Source of the DNA: Candidatus Latescibacterota bacterium
GTDB lineage: Bacteria; Latescibacterota; UBA2968; UBA8231
Reading direction: 5' to 3'
DNA length: 64,000 nucleotides
NCBI GenBank assembly: GCA_965200315.1
Contig: OZ241362.1
Location: 352,001 to 416,000, forward strand
Shown here in pieces: positions 1 through 10,464 of the stretch; the first letter of the stretch is position 1, and each line of letters begins with the position of its first letter. Below the pieces are notes generated by a model. That model did no database searches. It was given only the letters and a program-made list of their open reading frames with translations, and was not told the DNA's origin. Both the position numbers and the translations under genes were made by a program.

Positions 1-42
1 TTGGGATCGTGAGCACTGGCGCGACTTGTCTGTGGCCCTAGA

Positions 43-657
43 TTGAAAAAGATGCGAGCAGATGGAACGGGCCGAGTGGCCGGCATCATTTTGGCGGCGG
101 GCATGTCCACCCGCATGGGGCAGCTCAAGCAGCTCTTGCCCTTGGGCGGCCGGCCGGCTATTGAATGGATCGCCGAAGTCGTGGGGCAGCGGTTGGATGA
201 GGTGGTGGTCGTGCTTGGCCACCGCGCCGAGGAAATTGCCCCGGTCCTTGCTGATTATCTGGTCCGTTGCGTCGTCAATGCCGACTATCAAACGGGTATG
301 CTCTCTTCCGTACAATGCGCTGTGCGAGCAGTGGATACAGCAGCCGATTACTTGATTTGTCTAGGCGATCAACCCCGACTGAGTGGAGCCGTAGTAGAGC
401 AGGTCTTGCAGGCGAGAACACAGGTCGGCGCGGGCATCATCATACCCACCGCCAATGGGAAAAGGGGGCATCCGGTACTGATCCGCAACCCGTACCGGGC
501 GGAAATTTTGGCATTGCCACTGGATGTGGGATTGAACGCGGTGACGCGGGGCCATCCCGAGGATACGTGCGAGTTGCCTATGGCAGAGGCCGCCATTTTG
601 ACCGACATGGATACGCCAGCCGACTACCAGCGCGAGCTGGAACAGTGGCCAGAGTAA
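43..657 (+). CDS. Molybdenum cofactor cytidylyltransferase (MocA/YgfJ-like NTP transferase)
   Basis: ILAAGMSTRMGQLKQLL N-terminal motif, LGDQP, GKRGHPV, DMDTPADY; next to XdhC. The TTG start overlaps an upstream TGA (TTGA). Confidence 0.85.
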   Translation: MKKMRADGTGRVAGIILAAGMSTRMGQLKQLLPLGGRPAIEWIAEVVGQRLDEVVVVLGHRAEEIAPVLADYLVRCVVNADYQTGMLSSVQCAVRAVDTAADYLICLGDQPRLSGAVVEQVLQARTQVGAGIIIPTANGKRGHPVLIRNPYRAEILALPLDVGLNAVTRGHPEDTCELPMAEAAILTDMDTPADYQRELEQWPE

Positions 658-660
658 GTT

Positions 661-1761
661 ATGGACGACATTATCACTGAAATTATCCGACGCAAGGAGC
701 AAGGCGAGCGCATAGCCTTGGCTTCGCTGGTGTGGAGCACCGGCTCGATTCCCATGAGCGAGCGGGCCAAAATGATCGTCGCCGAGGAAGGGGACGTCGT
801 CGGCACCATCGGCGGCGGATGCCTCGAAGCCGAGGTCTTGAGCGCCGGCCGCACTGCGCTGGCGGCCGGCGAAAACCAGCTCCTGAGCTACACCATGACG
901 GAAAAACAAGCCGGAGAGAGCGGCTTAAATTGCGGCGGCAGCGTGCGAATTTACACCGAAGTCATTGAGCCGGACGAGGCAGCCGACTTCTATGGCCGCG
1001 TGCTAGCAGCGCGTCAGGCGCGCCGCGGTTGCGCGCTGGCGACCCTGCTCAAACGCCGCTTTGACTCGACCGGAGAGGGGCGATTGTGGCTAGGGGCCGA
1101 CGGCAGCATCTGTGGTTCGCTGGGTACGCCCGCAGCCGATCGTCAAATGGAGGAGCGCTTGCCCGAAGTGATCGCGTGCGAGCGCGGCCTAGTATGCACA
1201 CTGGACCCGAGCTCCGAACTGGGCGCGGCCGCAGAAGTATTTATCGAGCCATTCCTGCCCGAGCCGGTGCTCTACGTCTTCGGCGGCGGCCACGTAGGTG
1301 GGCAGATTTGCGCGCTGGCAAAAAATGTGGGCTTTCGCGTCGTCCTCATTGACGACCGCCCGGCGTTTGCCAATCCCGAGCGGCATCCGCAGGCCGACGA
1401 GTGCTTAGTCGCCGGCATGGAAGAGGTATTCGCCGATTTGCCTATTGACGATCAGTCCTACATCATCGCGGCGACTCGCGGTCACCAGCACGACGAAATC
1501 GTCGTCGAAGCGGCGATCAAGACGCCGGCGCGCTACATCGGGATGCTGGGCAGCGAGCGCAAGAAGCTCATTTTGTGGCGGCGGATCGCCGAGCGCGGCG
1601 GCAACCCGCAGCGCTTGGACGCCGTCTTTGCGCCGATTGGGTTCAACATCGGCGCGGACACTCCGGCTGAGATCGCGGTCAGCGTCGTCGCCGAACTGAT
1701 TGAGCAGCGGCGTGGAACGCCCAAAGTGTGGAAGACAAAGAGAAAAACTCATGGGAGATGA
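661..1761 (+). CDS. XdhC/CoxI family xanthine dehydrogenase accessory protein
   Basis: GTIGGGCLE, GLNCGG, FGGGHVG, TRGHQHD, YIGMLGS, PIGFNIGADTPAEIAVS motifs. Confidence 0.93.
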   Translation: MDDIITEIIRRKEQGERIALASLVWSTGSIPMSERAKMIVAEEGDVVGTIGGGCLEAEVLSAGRTALAAGENQLLSYTMTEKQAGESGLNCGGSVRIYTEVIEPDEAADFYGRVLAARQARRGCALATLLKRRFDSTGEGRLWLGADGSICGSLGTPAADRQMEERLPEVIACERGLVCTLDPSSELGAAAEVFIEPFLPEPVLYVFGGGHVGGQICALAKNVGFRVVLIDDRPAFANPERHPQADECLVAGMEEVFADLPIDDQSYIIAATRGHQHDEIVVEAAIKTPARYIGMLGSERKKLILWRRIAERGGNPQRLDAVFAPIGFNIGADTPAEIAVSVVAELIEQRRGTPKVWKTKRKTHGR

Positions 1762-2779
1762 ACTGCGCTACGGGGTGGCCGCCTGTCAGGTTGACCAACC
1801 CAATCCCACCGATCGCGCTGAAATGGCCCGCAACACCGCTCGCATGGTCGAAATGGTCGATATGGCCGTTGAAGGCTATGGGCCGTTCATGGACGTCAAG
1901 CTGCTGGCCTTTCCCGAATTTGGCCACGCCGCGCCGATCTATCCCACCGCCAAGAGCTTGCTGGCCAAATTGACCGTCCCCATTCCCAACGAGCACACGG
2001 TTCGTTGGGAGGACAAAGCTCGCGAATTGGGAGTGTACATTCAAACGGCCACCTTCCTCGAAGAAGATCCCCAATGGCCGGGCAAGGTGTTCAACACGAC
2101 CTGCCTGCTCGGGCCGGAAGGACTGTGGTACAAGTACCGCAAGGTCAACCCTTGGATCCCTTGGGAAGTCCACGCCAGCCCCCACGACTTGGCCGACTAC
2201 GCGGACGAACTGTTCCCGGTGGCCCACACGCCCATAGGCTGCATTGGCGCGGCGATTTGCTACGACTGGCTCTTCCCCGAGCCGCTACGCCAGCTCACGG
2301 TCCACGGCGCTGAAATCCTCGTCCGCGTCTCGGCCTACATGGACCCTTGGGGTGCGACGCCACCGCTGGATTGGTGGACGACGGTAAATCGCTGTCGGGC
2401 CTTGGAAAATACGGCGTATGTGCTCGCCGCCAACCAAGGGGCCGAGCTGAGTCACTATCCCCCCTTTTCTTGGCCGGGCGGCTCAATGGTGGTCGATTTC
2501 GACGGCCGCATCTTAGCCCAAGCCGATCCGGGGGTAGGGGAAAAAATCGTCGTCTCCGAAGTCGATATCGGGGCCTTGCGGCACACTCGCAAGCGGCGCG
2601 CCGGCCACCACACTTTAGCCCATCTGCGCAGCGAGGCGTACCCCATGTACGGACAGCCGTACTATCCACAGGGGAGTTTCTCCGCAGAGGACAATCACAC
2701 CGTCGCCATGAATCAAGAGCGCATCGCCGAGGTTAAGCAGAGGATAATGGTCGTTAAGGAAAGAAGTGGGAAAAAGTGA
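1751..2779 (+). CDS. Nitrilase-superfamily carbon-nitrogen hydrolase (formamidase/amidase-like)
   Basis: Catalytic triad motifs FPEF, YRKVNP, ICYDW; start moved to ATG 1751, overlapping the xdhC end. Confidence 0.88.
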   Translation: MGDELRYGVAACQVDQPNPTDRAEMARNTARMVEMVDMAVEGYGPFMDVKLLAFPEFGHAAPIYPTAKSLLAKLTVPIPNEHTVRWEDKARELGVYIQTATFLEEDPQWPGKVFNTTCLLGPEGLWYKYRKVNPWIPWEVHASPHDLADYADELFPVAHTPIGCIGAAICYDWLFPEPLRQLTVHGAEILVRVSAYMDPWGATPPLDWWTTVNRCRALENTAYVLAANQGAELSHYPPFSWPGGSMVVDFDGRILAQADPGVGEKIVVSEVDIGALRHTRKRRAGHHTLAHLRSEAYPMYGQPYYPQGSFSAEDNHTVAMNQERIAEVKQRIMVVKERSGKK

Positions 2780-2830
2780 GTATCTGATATTACGCAGTTT
2801 CCCAAAAAATTCTCAATTTCACCCAATATC

Positions 2831-3031
2831 TTGGATCAACAGGCTGCGATAAAACACAAGATAGAGAGCCACTGCGTGAAGAACTCAATTCACTCTACTT
2901 ACATGGGTTGTTTGCTTTTTGCCCGACAAAATCCTGTAGAAGCGGCTACTATCGAAGAGGTATTAGCTTATTGCCGGGCGCAGGCTGAGGCTGACAAGCG
3001 TCTCGCCTGTTTTGACGAGTTTTCAATTTAA
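2831..3031 (+). CDS. Small hypothetical protein or gene fragment in an AT-richer patch
   Basis: 66-aa ORF with no recognised motif. Confidence 0.25.
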   Translation: MDQQAAIKHKIESHCVKNSIHSTYMGCLLFARQNPVEAATIEEVLAYCRAQAEADKRLACFDEFSI

Positions 3032-3107
3032 CGGGCAGTGCGGAGGCAATGCGTCCGTTGCGCGAGTCCCATTCTGTCTATCCGTGTTACAGGCGGCACT
3101 GGCAGTC

Positions 3108-3824
3108 GTGAAACGCTACAGCGACCGGCAGATTCGCCGCACCCTGAGCAAGTACGATACTCGGCAGGTGTGCCGCACCTTGGCAACCGGCTGCGAGCTA
3201 CAGTTGACGGCAGTCGGCGATGTAGATGCCTTGGTGGACCGCATGATCGAGCGCGAGGGACGGCTCCAGAAGGTAGAGCGCTTTCCCTATTGGGCCGAGT
3301 TGTGGCCAACGGCGTTGGCCATGGCCCAGTGGTTTTGCTGCGCCAAGGAGCCGATTCCGAGAGGTTGGGTCTGCGAATTAGGCTGCGGTTTGGGGCTGGT
3401 AGGCATTGCCTTAGCCAAGTTAGGTTGGCGCGTCGAAGCGACTGATTTCGTCGAGGATGCGCTGATTTTCGCCGCCCACAATGCCCGGCTCAACAAGGTT
3501 CAGCACAACCACCGGGTGGCTTATTTGGATTGGCGAAATCCCGTGGGAGAGCCACGCGAGTGCTTGGTGGGGGCGGACATCATCTACGAAAAGAAGAATC
3601 ACCGCTATCTCGAGTGCATTCTGCACAAACTACTGCTACCCGGTGGCCGCCTGTACCTCGGGGATCCGCAGCGCAAGGACGCCGATGATTTCGTCGCACG
3701 GCTCGTCGCCCAAGGCTATAGTCAGCGGCGAGAAACGCGGGCCGAGACGTGGAATTCAGTCGAGTACCAAGTCGCTATCTACGTATTTACCAAGCCTCAA
3801 GACGCCAGCAGGGCGCTTAGGTGA
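3108..3824 (+). CDS. Class I SAM-dependent methyltransferase, METTL21/Methyltransf_16-like (putative protein-lysine MTase)
   Basis: PYWAELWP, ELGCGLGLVG (motif I), ATD, ADIIYE (DxxY); start set at GTG 3108. Confidence 0.8.
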   Translation: MKRYSDRQIRRTLSKYDTRQVCRTLATGCELQLTAVGDVDALVDRMIEREGRLQKVERFPYWAELWPTALAMAQWFCCAKEPIPRGWVCELGCGLGLVGIALAKLGWRVEATDFVEDALIFAAHNARLNKVQHNHRVAYLDWRNPVGEPRECLVGADIIYEKKNHRYLECILHKLLLPGGRLYLGDPQRKDADDFVARLVAQGYSQRRETRAETWNSVEYQVAIYVFTKPQDASRALR

Positions 3825-4741
3825 GCAGCTACCGAAGCGGAGGTTCCCTCTAAGTCGTATCCGCCCTCCAGTAGGGAGACGAGGTGGCCCTCGCAGTGGC
3901 GGGTGGCTAGCTGGAGCACCAACTCGGTTAGCTGGCCATAGCCCTCTGCGCTGAGTAAGATTTGCCCGAGGGGGTCGCTGCGATGGGCGTCAAAACCGGC
4001 TGACAGGAGGATGAAATCGGGTTGGAACTGGTCTATGGCTGGAATGATGGTGTCGGCGAAGTGGCGGAGGTAATCGGCATCAGTGCTACCGGCCTGGACT
4101 GGCATATTCAAGGTTTGGCCGCGGCCCGCTCCCAACCCGCGCTCGTCGGCCGCACCAGTGCCCGGATAGAGGGGGGATTGGTGGATGCTGCAAAAAAACA
4201 CCGAACCGTCGGCCTCAAAGATGTGCTGCGTGCCATTGCCGTGATGGACGTCCCAGTCGATGATCGCCACTTTGTCGCAGCCGCATTCGGCCCGCAGGTA
4301 GTGAGCGGCGACCGCCGCGTTGTTGAAGAAGCAAAAGCCCATGATTTCCTCGGCTTCGGCGTGGTGGCCCGGAGGCCGCATGCAGCAGAAAGCATGGTCG
4401 GCGTGGCCGGCGAGCAGGGCGTCGATAGCGGTTAAGGGGGCTCCGGCCGCTAGGAGGGCGGCCCGGTACGTGCCTAAAGAGAATGCGGTGTCTTGGCTCA
4501 CATAGACGAACTGCTCGACCTGTGCGAGGGCCGCTACTCGGTCCAAGTGGGCCGGCGAGTGGGCTCTGAGCAGAGCGCGACGCGGTGCCAACTGCGGCTG
4601 AAGGTGCAGCACTTCGTCCCACAGCGAGCGGTCTTTTAAGTGTTGGACAATGGATTCCAAGCGCGCACGGCACTCTGGATGCCCCTCGCCCGTGTCGTGC
4701 AACAAGGCGTCCGGGTGATAGATCAAGGCCGTCCTAGTCAC
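3797..4741 (-). CDS. Histone deacetylase family protein (Zn-dependent amidohydrolase)
   Basis: HPE, RPPGHHA, GFCFFNN, DWDVHHGNGTQ, SAGFD, LEGGY. Confidence 0.95.
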   Translation of the reverse strand: MTRTALIYHPDALLHDTGEGHPECRARLESIVQHLKDRSLWDEVLHLQPQLAPRRALLRAHSPAHLDRVAALAQVEQFVYVSQDTAFSLGTYRAALLAAGAPLTAIDALLAGHADHAFCCMRPPGHHAEAEEIMGFCFFNNAAVAAHYLRAECGCDKVAIIDWDVHHGNGTQHIFEADGSVFFCSIHQSPLYPGTGAADERGLGAGRGQTLNMPVQAGSTDADYLRHFADTIIPAIDQFQPDFILLSAGFDAHRSDPLGQILLSAEGYGQLTELVLQLATRHCEGHLVSLLEGGYDLEGTSASVAAHLSALLAS

Positions 4742-5195
4742 AGTTTACCACTTCTCCTGAGTCGATGGATGCAATGGCGCGGCGTCCGAGGCGGCGGATG
4801 TCCTCGGCGATGGCGGCATCGCCCAAGGCGGCGTGGTCGCACCAGCGCAATTGCGTGGCTTCGCGGGGATTGACGCGAGCGCGTCCGCTTACTACGCGGC
4901 TAAAGTAAATCAGGTCTATGTGCTGATGGCCCGGTTCGATGTCCTCTAGGAGGATACACGCGGGGCGATGCAAGACGGCGACCTGTCCCCATTGCTCTTG
5001 TCGGCCTAACAACTCAACGGTCAGGCCAGTTTCTTCGCGCACTTCGCGGAGGGCGGCTTCTTCGGGCAGTTCGCCCGGGTCGATGTGCCCGCCCGGGGGC
5101 AGCCAAGCCTGCATTTTCTTGTGCCACAGCAAGAGGGTGGCTCCTTCGTGGACGACAAAGGTCGTCGCCGTAAAGTCGCGGGTAATTGCCGTCAA
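4734..5195 (-). CDS. NUDIX hydrolase
   Basis: Nudix box GGHIDPGELPEEAALREVREETGL; start set at TTG 5195. Confidence 0.9.
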   Translation of the reverse strand: MTAITRDFTATTFVVHEGATLLLWHKKMQAWLPPGGHIDPGELPEEAALREVREETGLTVELLGRQEQWGQVAVLHRPACILLEDIEPGHQHIDLIYFSRVVSGRARVNPREATQLRWCDHAALGDAAIAEDIRRLGRRAIASIDSGEVVNCD

Positions 5196-5378
5196 GGTGT
5201 CCGCTCGTCGCGCTTTTTTGATGAAGAAAAAACAAGGCGTTTGCAGTGCGCTAGAGGTCAATATAGCCGGTCACTTGGTGGAACGAAAGCTCACGATAGC
5301 CCCGCGCTGCATTGACCAGCTTTGCTCGCCAATTATTTTACAAGGCTGAGCTTTGCATTCCTTCAGACTGAGAGAGAT

Positions 5379-6605
5379 ATGGCTACTGAGATCGTCATGC
5401 CCAAATTGGGGCTGACCATGGAAAGCGGCGCAATAAGCGCTTGGTTGGTAGAAGAAGGCCAAGAAGTGCAAAAGGGCCAAGCCCTGTTGGAAATCGCCAC
5501 CGACAAGGTAACGATGGAAGTCGAGGCGCAAGCCGATGGGATTTTGCGCAAAATTCTGGTGCCGGTCGGCGAGGAAGTACCGGTATCGACGACGATCGGC
5601 GTCATCGCCGCCGCCGAAGAAGACATCGGCTCGTATGTCACCGCTGCTCCGAGCGATCCAGCTCCATCGCCAACTACAGCTCCTGCCGCTGCTCTACCGT
5701 CAACTCCGGCTCCACCAACTCCGGCCTCGCCAACCCCGGCCCCTTCTGTTGATTCCGATGGGCGTCGGCCGTATAAGACCTCGCCCAAGGCGCGCAAAAT
5801 AGCTGCCGAGCACAGTCTCGACCTGTCCGGCGTCAGCGGCAGTGGTCCCGGAGGTCGGATCATCAGCGCCGATGTGCTAGCCTTGGTCGAGCAAGCTCAG
5901 ACAGCCCCAGCTCCGGCTCCAGTCCCGGTTTCCGAGGGGCGCATTGAACTGAGCCGAGCCGAGCAAGTGGCGGCCGAGCGGCTGACGGCTAGCTACCAAC
6001 AGATCCCACACATTCACATCAGCATGGACGTGTCGGCCGTGTGGTTGCAGCAATTCCGCACCGGCTACCAGCTAGAGGGCAAGAAAATCTCCTTCAATGA
6101 TCTGATCGTCAAAGCCACGGCCCGCACCCTCAGCGAGTTCCCCCGCGTCAACAGCTTGGCAGAGGGGGGGCATTTCCGCTACGCCTCCCAAATCAACGTC
6201 GGCGTTGCCGTGGCGGCCGAGCAGGGTTTGGTGGTTCCGGTCATTCGCGACGCAGCCAAAAAGACGATCGAGGAAATCTCCTTAGAAGGAACGCGGCTGA
6301 TTGACGCGGCGCGGCGCGGCCAGTTGCATCCCGACGACATGCTGGACGGCACCTTTACCATTTCAAATTTGGGCATGTTCGGCGTCTCTCGCTTTACAGC
6401 GATCATCAATCCCCCCCAAGTGGCGATCTTGGCCGTCGGGGCCGTAGAGAACAGGGTAGTAGCTTCGGGAGCAGACGCATTTGCCGTGCGTCCGCAACTA
6501 ACCTTGACGCTGGCCGCGGATCATCGCGTCGTCGATGGCGCATTGGCCGCCCGTTTCCTCGCGCGACTCAAAGAGGTTCTAGAAACGCCCGGCTTGCTCG
6601 GCTAG
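5379..6605 (+). CDS. Dihydrolipoamide acyltransferase (E2) of a 2-oxoacid/acetoin dehydrogenase complex
   Basis: Lipoyl domain MPKLGLTM...TDKV, Pro/Ala linker, PSBD GSGPGGRI, TISNLG, DHRVVDG; no E1/E3 adjacent. Confidence 0.93.
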   Translation: MATEIVMPKLGLTMESGAISAWLVEEGQEVQKGQALLEIATDKVTMEVEAQADGILRKILVPVGEEVPVSTTIGVIAAAEEDIGSYVTAAPSDPAPSPTTAPAAALPSTPAPPTPASPTPAPSVDSDGRRPYKTSPKARKIAAEHSLDLSGVSGSGPGGRIISADVLALVEQAQTAPAPAPVPVSEGRIELSRAEQVAAERLTASYQQIPHIHISMDVSAVWLQQFRTGYQLEGKKISFNDLIVKATARTLSEFPRVNSLAEGGHFRYASQINVGVAVAAEQGLVVPVIRDAAKKTIEEISLEGTRLIDAARRGQLHPDDMLDGTFTISNLGMFGVSRFTAIINPPQVAILAVGAVENRVVASGADAFAVRPQLTLTLAADHRVVDGALAARFLARLKEVLETPGLLG

Positions 6606-6622
6606 CAGAGCAGCCCTTCACC

Positions 6623-6651
6623 TTGACCCCATCTAGGCCGCCGGTTATCTT
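6623..6651 (+). promoter_or_regulatory. Putative sigma70 promoter of ftsH
   Basis: TTGACC-17 nt-TATCTT upstream of ATG 6730. Confidence 0.5.
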
Positions 6652-6729
6652 CAAAGCCGCAAAAGTCAGGCCCTTTTACCCTTTTGTACCGGGGGTAGAA
6701 AAGCGCGTCCTGGCATTGGAAAATAACGC

Positions 6730-8628
6730 ATGAAATTCGAGAAAAAGACTCAGCTTTCCATTGCGTACGCCGTCCTTACGCTGCTCCTGCTCCTGAGCCT
6801 GCAAAATTATTTCGCCAACCAAAACCGAGTTGAAACGTACAGCCAATTCCGGGAGTGGATCAAAAGCGGGCAGGTCATAGAGTGTACCTTTAGCGGCGAG
6901 TTCATCAAGGGGCGCGCCAATGTCGATGGCCAAGAGATTAGCTTTCGCACTGCCGTCATAGACGATCCCGAACTTATCGGCCTACTCGAAGAACACCAAG
7001 TCGAGTTTACCCGCCAACCTAGTAACAATTGGTTCACGCAGCTTTTGTCGTGGATCCTGCCCGCGCTGATCTTCGTGGGGATCTGGCTGTTTATCATCCG
7101 CCGCATGAGCGGAGGGGCCGGTGGTCTGATGTCCGTCGGCAAGAGCAAGGCCAAGGTGTACATGGAGAAGGGGACGGGCATTACCTTCGACGACGTGGCT
7201 GGCATTGAAGAAGCCAAAGAGGAACTGCTGGAGATCGTCGAGTTTTTGCGCACCCCCGAGCGGTTTCAGGCTCTCGGCGGCCGAATTCCACGCGGCGTCT
7301 TGCTCGTGGGGCCGCCGGGTACGGGTAAGACGCTGTTGGCCAAGGCCGTGGCCGGCGAGGCCAGTGTGCCCTTTTTCTCTCTCAGCGGCTCGGATTTTGT
7401 CGAGATGTTCGTCGGGGTAGGGGCTGCGCGCGTGCGCGACCTTTTTGACCAGGCCAAAAAACACGCCCCGGCCATTATCTTCATCGACGAGCTCGACGCC
7501 TTGGGCAAGGCCCGGGGGGCCGGCTCTTTTGGCGGCCACGACGAGCGCGAGCAGACGCTCAACCAGCTCCTCACCGAGCTCGACGGCTTTGATACCAACG
7601 CCGGCGTGATCCTCATGGCGGCGACTAACCGACCGGAAATCCTCGACCCGGCCTTGCTGCGCCCCGGCCGCTTCGATCGCACTGTGGCCGTGGACCGGCC
7701 CGATGTCAAGGGGCGCACCGCCATCCTCCAGATCCACGCCAAGGAAGTCAAGCTGGCCCCAGACGTAGATCTGCACAAACTGGCCGTGCGTACTCCGGGT
7801 TTTGCCGGAGCGGACTTGGCCAATGTCGTCAACGAAGCCGCTCTCTTGGCGGCGCGGCGAGATAAAAATTCCATCACCATGTCCGAGTTGGAGGAGGCAA
7901 TCGAGCGCTCGGTGGCCGGGCTGGAGCGCAAAAGCCGCGTGCTCAACGAGAAGGAGCGCCGGATTGTCGCGTACCACGAGGCTGGCCACGCCATCGTCGG
8001 CGAGATTTTGCCCGAAGCTAATCCGGTGCAGAAGATCTCCATTGTATCGCGGGGCATCGCCGCCTTGGGCTACACGCTGAATATGCCGCTAGAAGACCGC
8101 TATCTAATGACCAAGGAGGAACTGGAAGATTCCTTGGCGGCGATCTTGGGCGGGCGGGCAGCCGAGGAGATCGTCTTTGGCGAAATATCTACCGGCGCGG
8201 CCAACGACTTGCAACAGGCCACGCAAATGGCCGAGCGGATGGTCAAAGAGTTTGGCATGAGCCAGCGCATCGGCTTGGTCGCCCATCGAACGGACCGCTC
8301 GCAACAATTGCTGGGCATGCCCTCGGCTGATCGCGCGTACAGCGACGAGACGGCCAAGCTCATCGACGAAGAAGTCAGGGCCATTATTGACGCCGGATAC
8401 GTGCGAGCCAAGGACCTACTCACCGAGCATCGGCAAGCGATGGAGGGTGTCGTCGAGATACTCTTTGAGAACGAGGTGATGGACGGCGATCAGCTACGGA
8501 ACCTACTCTCAGAGCATGGGATAGCTCTGCCATCTAGACCCAAGCAAGAGGCGTCGTCCGACAGCCTCGCCGCCGAGCCGGAGGCCAACGGCAATGCTCC
8601 GCAGTCGGAAGAGCGCGAGATCTCCTAG
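6730..8628 (+). CDS. ftsH: ATP-dependent zinc metalloprotease FtsH
   Basis: 2 TM helices, [39 protein letters not shown]. Confidence 0.97.
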   Translation: MKFEKKTQLSIAYAVLTLLLLLSLQNYFANQNRVETYSQFREWIKSGQVIECTFSGEFIKGRANVDGQEISFRTAVIDDPELIGLLEEHQVEFTRQPSNNWFTQLLSWILPALIFVGIWLFIIRRMSGGAGGLMSVGKSKAKVYMEKGTGITFDDVAGIEEAKEELLEIVEFLRTPERFQALGGRIPRGVLLVGPPGTGKTLLAKAVAGEASVPFFSLSGSDFVEMFVGVGAARVRDLFDQAKKHAPAIIFIDELDALGKARGAGSFGGHDEREQTLNQLLTELDGFDTNAGVILMAATNRPEILDPALLRPGRFDRTVAVDRPDVKGRTAILQIHAKEVKLAPDVDLHKLAVRTPGFAGADLANVVNEAALLAARRDKNSITMSELEEAIERSVAGLERKSRVLNEKERRIVAYHEAGHAIVGEILPEANPVQKISIVSRGIAALGYTLNMPLEDRYLMTKEELEDSLAAILGGRAAEEIVFGEISTGAANDLQQATQMAERMVKEFGMSQRIGLVAHRTDRSQQLLGMPSADRAYSDETAKLIDEEVRAIIDAGYVRAKDLLTEHRQAMEGVVEILFENEVMDGDQLRNLLSEHGIALPSRPKQEASSDSLAAEPEANGNAPQSEEREIS

Positions 8629-9080
8629 CCTACGGCGGCGATGACTTCCAACTCGACGGCCGCTCCGAGTGGCAGGCAGGCGACGCCGATGGCCAAGCGC
8701 GCGTGTATTCCCTTATCTCCAAAGACTGAGGCCAGCAGATCGGAAGCGCCATTCACCACGTTGGCGTGGGCCGAGAAACCGGGTGCCGAGGCTACATATC
8801 CTCCCAAGCGGACAATGGAGACCGCGTCGAGGTCGCCGGTTTCAGCTTTGAGAACGCTCAGGGCGTTGAGGGCGCACAACTTGGCGGCCGCATACCCCGC
8901 TTCGACATCCAAATCCTCGCCCACGATGCCCGCATACTGGAGCTGGCCGGCTAGTAGGGGCAACTGGCCGGAGACGAAGAGCAAAGGGCCGCTTTGCACG
9001 GCGCGGGTATAGGTGCCGGCCGGTTGCGGCGGCGGGGGAAGTTGCAGGTTAAGGTCTCTTAGTTTTTCCTCTACAGACAT
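8625..9080 (-). CDS. RidA/YjgF family protein (Atu1372-like subfamily)
   Basis: [32 protein letters not shown]. Confidence 0.9.
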   Translation of the reverse strand: MSVEEKLRDLNLQLPPPPQPAGTYTRAVQSGPLLFVSGQLPLLAGQLQYAGIVGEDLDVEAGYAAAKLCALNALSVLKAETGDLDAVSIVRLGGYVASAPGFSAHANVVNGASDLLASVFGDKGIHARLAIGVACLPLGAAVELEVIAAVG

Positions 9081-9150
9081 GTTGAATCTCCCATGGCTTA
9101 GGGCTGGTTGGCGCTAATATAGGACGCCTGATGACGCCAGCAAGAGAGCG

Positions 9151-10377
9151 ATGCGCAGCATAAAATTCGTCAAAGGGAGCCTTTTGGACCCCTTGAACAA
9201 CGGCGATTTCGTACGCCTATGGCTGGCCAACGGCCTGTGGTGGCTGGCCATGTGGATGGAGATGCTGGCGCTGGGGTGGCTGGCTTTGGAGTTGACAAAT
9301 TCTCCGTGGTGGGTCCAAGTCATCGGCTTTTACCGAGCCATCCCGCTGCTGATTATGGGTTTGTTCGGTGCGGTGATTACCGATCGCTTTAAGCGGCGCT
9401 ACATCGTTTGGACCTTGCAGTTGGTCAATGTGCTGGGGACCGGGCTGTTGGCGCTGTTGCTCTTTTGGGGGCGGCTTGAACTGTGGCATTTGTCGGTGGT
9501 GTCGCTGACATTGGGGGCCTCTTGGGCGCTGGATTGGCCGACCCGGCGCAGCATGGTGCCCGATCTAGTTGGCAAGGCCCGCACGGTCGATGCCATGGTG
9601 CTGGAGAACGTCATTCAAGGGTTTACGCGCATTGCTGGCCCTGTAGCGGCAGGCTATGTCACCGCGGCTTATGGCAGCTTGGGTGCTCTGTTGGTCTTGG
9701 TCGGGCTAGGGATCTTGGCGCTGGTCTTGTTGGCGGGCCTCAAGACAGACTCCAAGGCACCTAGTGCAGGCACGTGGGTGGCGGGGTGGGCCGGGCGGCA
9801 GGGGTGGGCCAGTATGCGGGCTTCTGCGCCGATATTCGGCGTTTTTCTCATCACGATCTTTATGAACGTCTGGGCCTTTCCCTACATGAACCTGTTGCCA
9901 GTTTTCGCGCGCGACGTTTTCGGCCGCGGCCCGGAAGCTATGGGGTGGTTGGGCGCGGCGAGTGGGGGTGGGGCGATTGTGGGCTTGGCTGCGGTCCAGC
10001 TAAGCCGCCGGAAGCTGAGCAACGAATGGCTCTTTGTCGCCGGGTCGTTGCTTGCGTGTACGGGCATCGTCGCCTTTGCCTTGAGCGGGACCTTTGGCCT
10101 CGCCTTGCTAATGCTGTTTTGCTCTGGGTTGGGGCAGGCGGGCTTCAGCATTATGCAGAGCAGTATCATTTTAGTCGAATCTTCGGACGCGATGCGGAGC
10201 CGTGCGATGAGCACCCTAGTCGTGGCCATTGGCGTCGGCCCTTTTGGTCGCTTGCAGAGTGGGGCAATGGCCGAGGCTTGGGGAGCACAAGGCGCGGCGG
10301 GCGTCATGGCACTGTTAGCGGGGATAGGGACTGTGGGAACGGCGGTTTTGGTGCGGGGTTTTCTAGGTAAGAGGTGA
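9151..10377 (+). CDS. MFS transporter (MFS_3/EntS-like)
   Basis: About 12 hydrophobic segments, GAVITDRFKRR motif A, DWPTRRSMVPDLVG. Confidence 0.9.
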   Translation: MRSIKFVKGSLLDPLNNGDFVRLWLANGLWWLAMWMEMLALGWLALELTNSPWWVQVIGFYRAIPLLIMGLFGAVITDRFKRRYIVWTLQLVNVLGTGLLALLLFWGRLELWHLSVVSLTLGASWALDWPTRRSMVPDLVGKARTVDAMVLENVIQGFTRIAGPVAAGYVTAAYGSLGALLVLVGLGILALVLLAGLKTDSKAPSAGTWVAGWAGRQGWASMRASAPIFGVFLITIFMNVWAFPYMNLLPVFARDVFGRGPEAMGWLGAASGGGAIVGLAAVQLSRRKLSNEWLFVAGSLLACTGIVAFALSGTFGLALLMLFCSGLGQAGFSIMQSSIILVESSDAMRSRAMSTLVVAIGVGPFGRLQSGAMAEAWGAQGAAGVMALLAGIGTVGTAVLVRGFLGKR

Positions 10378-10464
10378 ATATGGACGGATTCCCAATTGTC
10401 CGATTCGGCTGGTATATCTACCTTGCACGTGCGTTGAGCTGACCTCATTAAAGGAGTAGGTACT

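Noticed and set aside
1-46. Possible 3' end of an upstream CDS (..WDREHWRDLSVALD*)
   Set aside because: Too short to assign a product
2777-2779. Selenocysteine read-through of the nitrilase TGA
   Set aside because: The domain is already complete, the TGA is not at a catalytic Cys position, and no convincing SECIS hairpin follows
5640-5750. Short CCAACTCCGGC-like repeats
   Set aside because: They encode the normal Pro/Ala/Thr linker of E2; not a CRISPR or DNA repeat element
6982-8057. Long minus-strand ORFs (335 and 263 aa)
   Set aside because: Antisense shadows of conserved GC-rich ftsH
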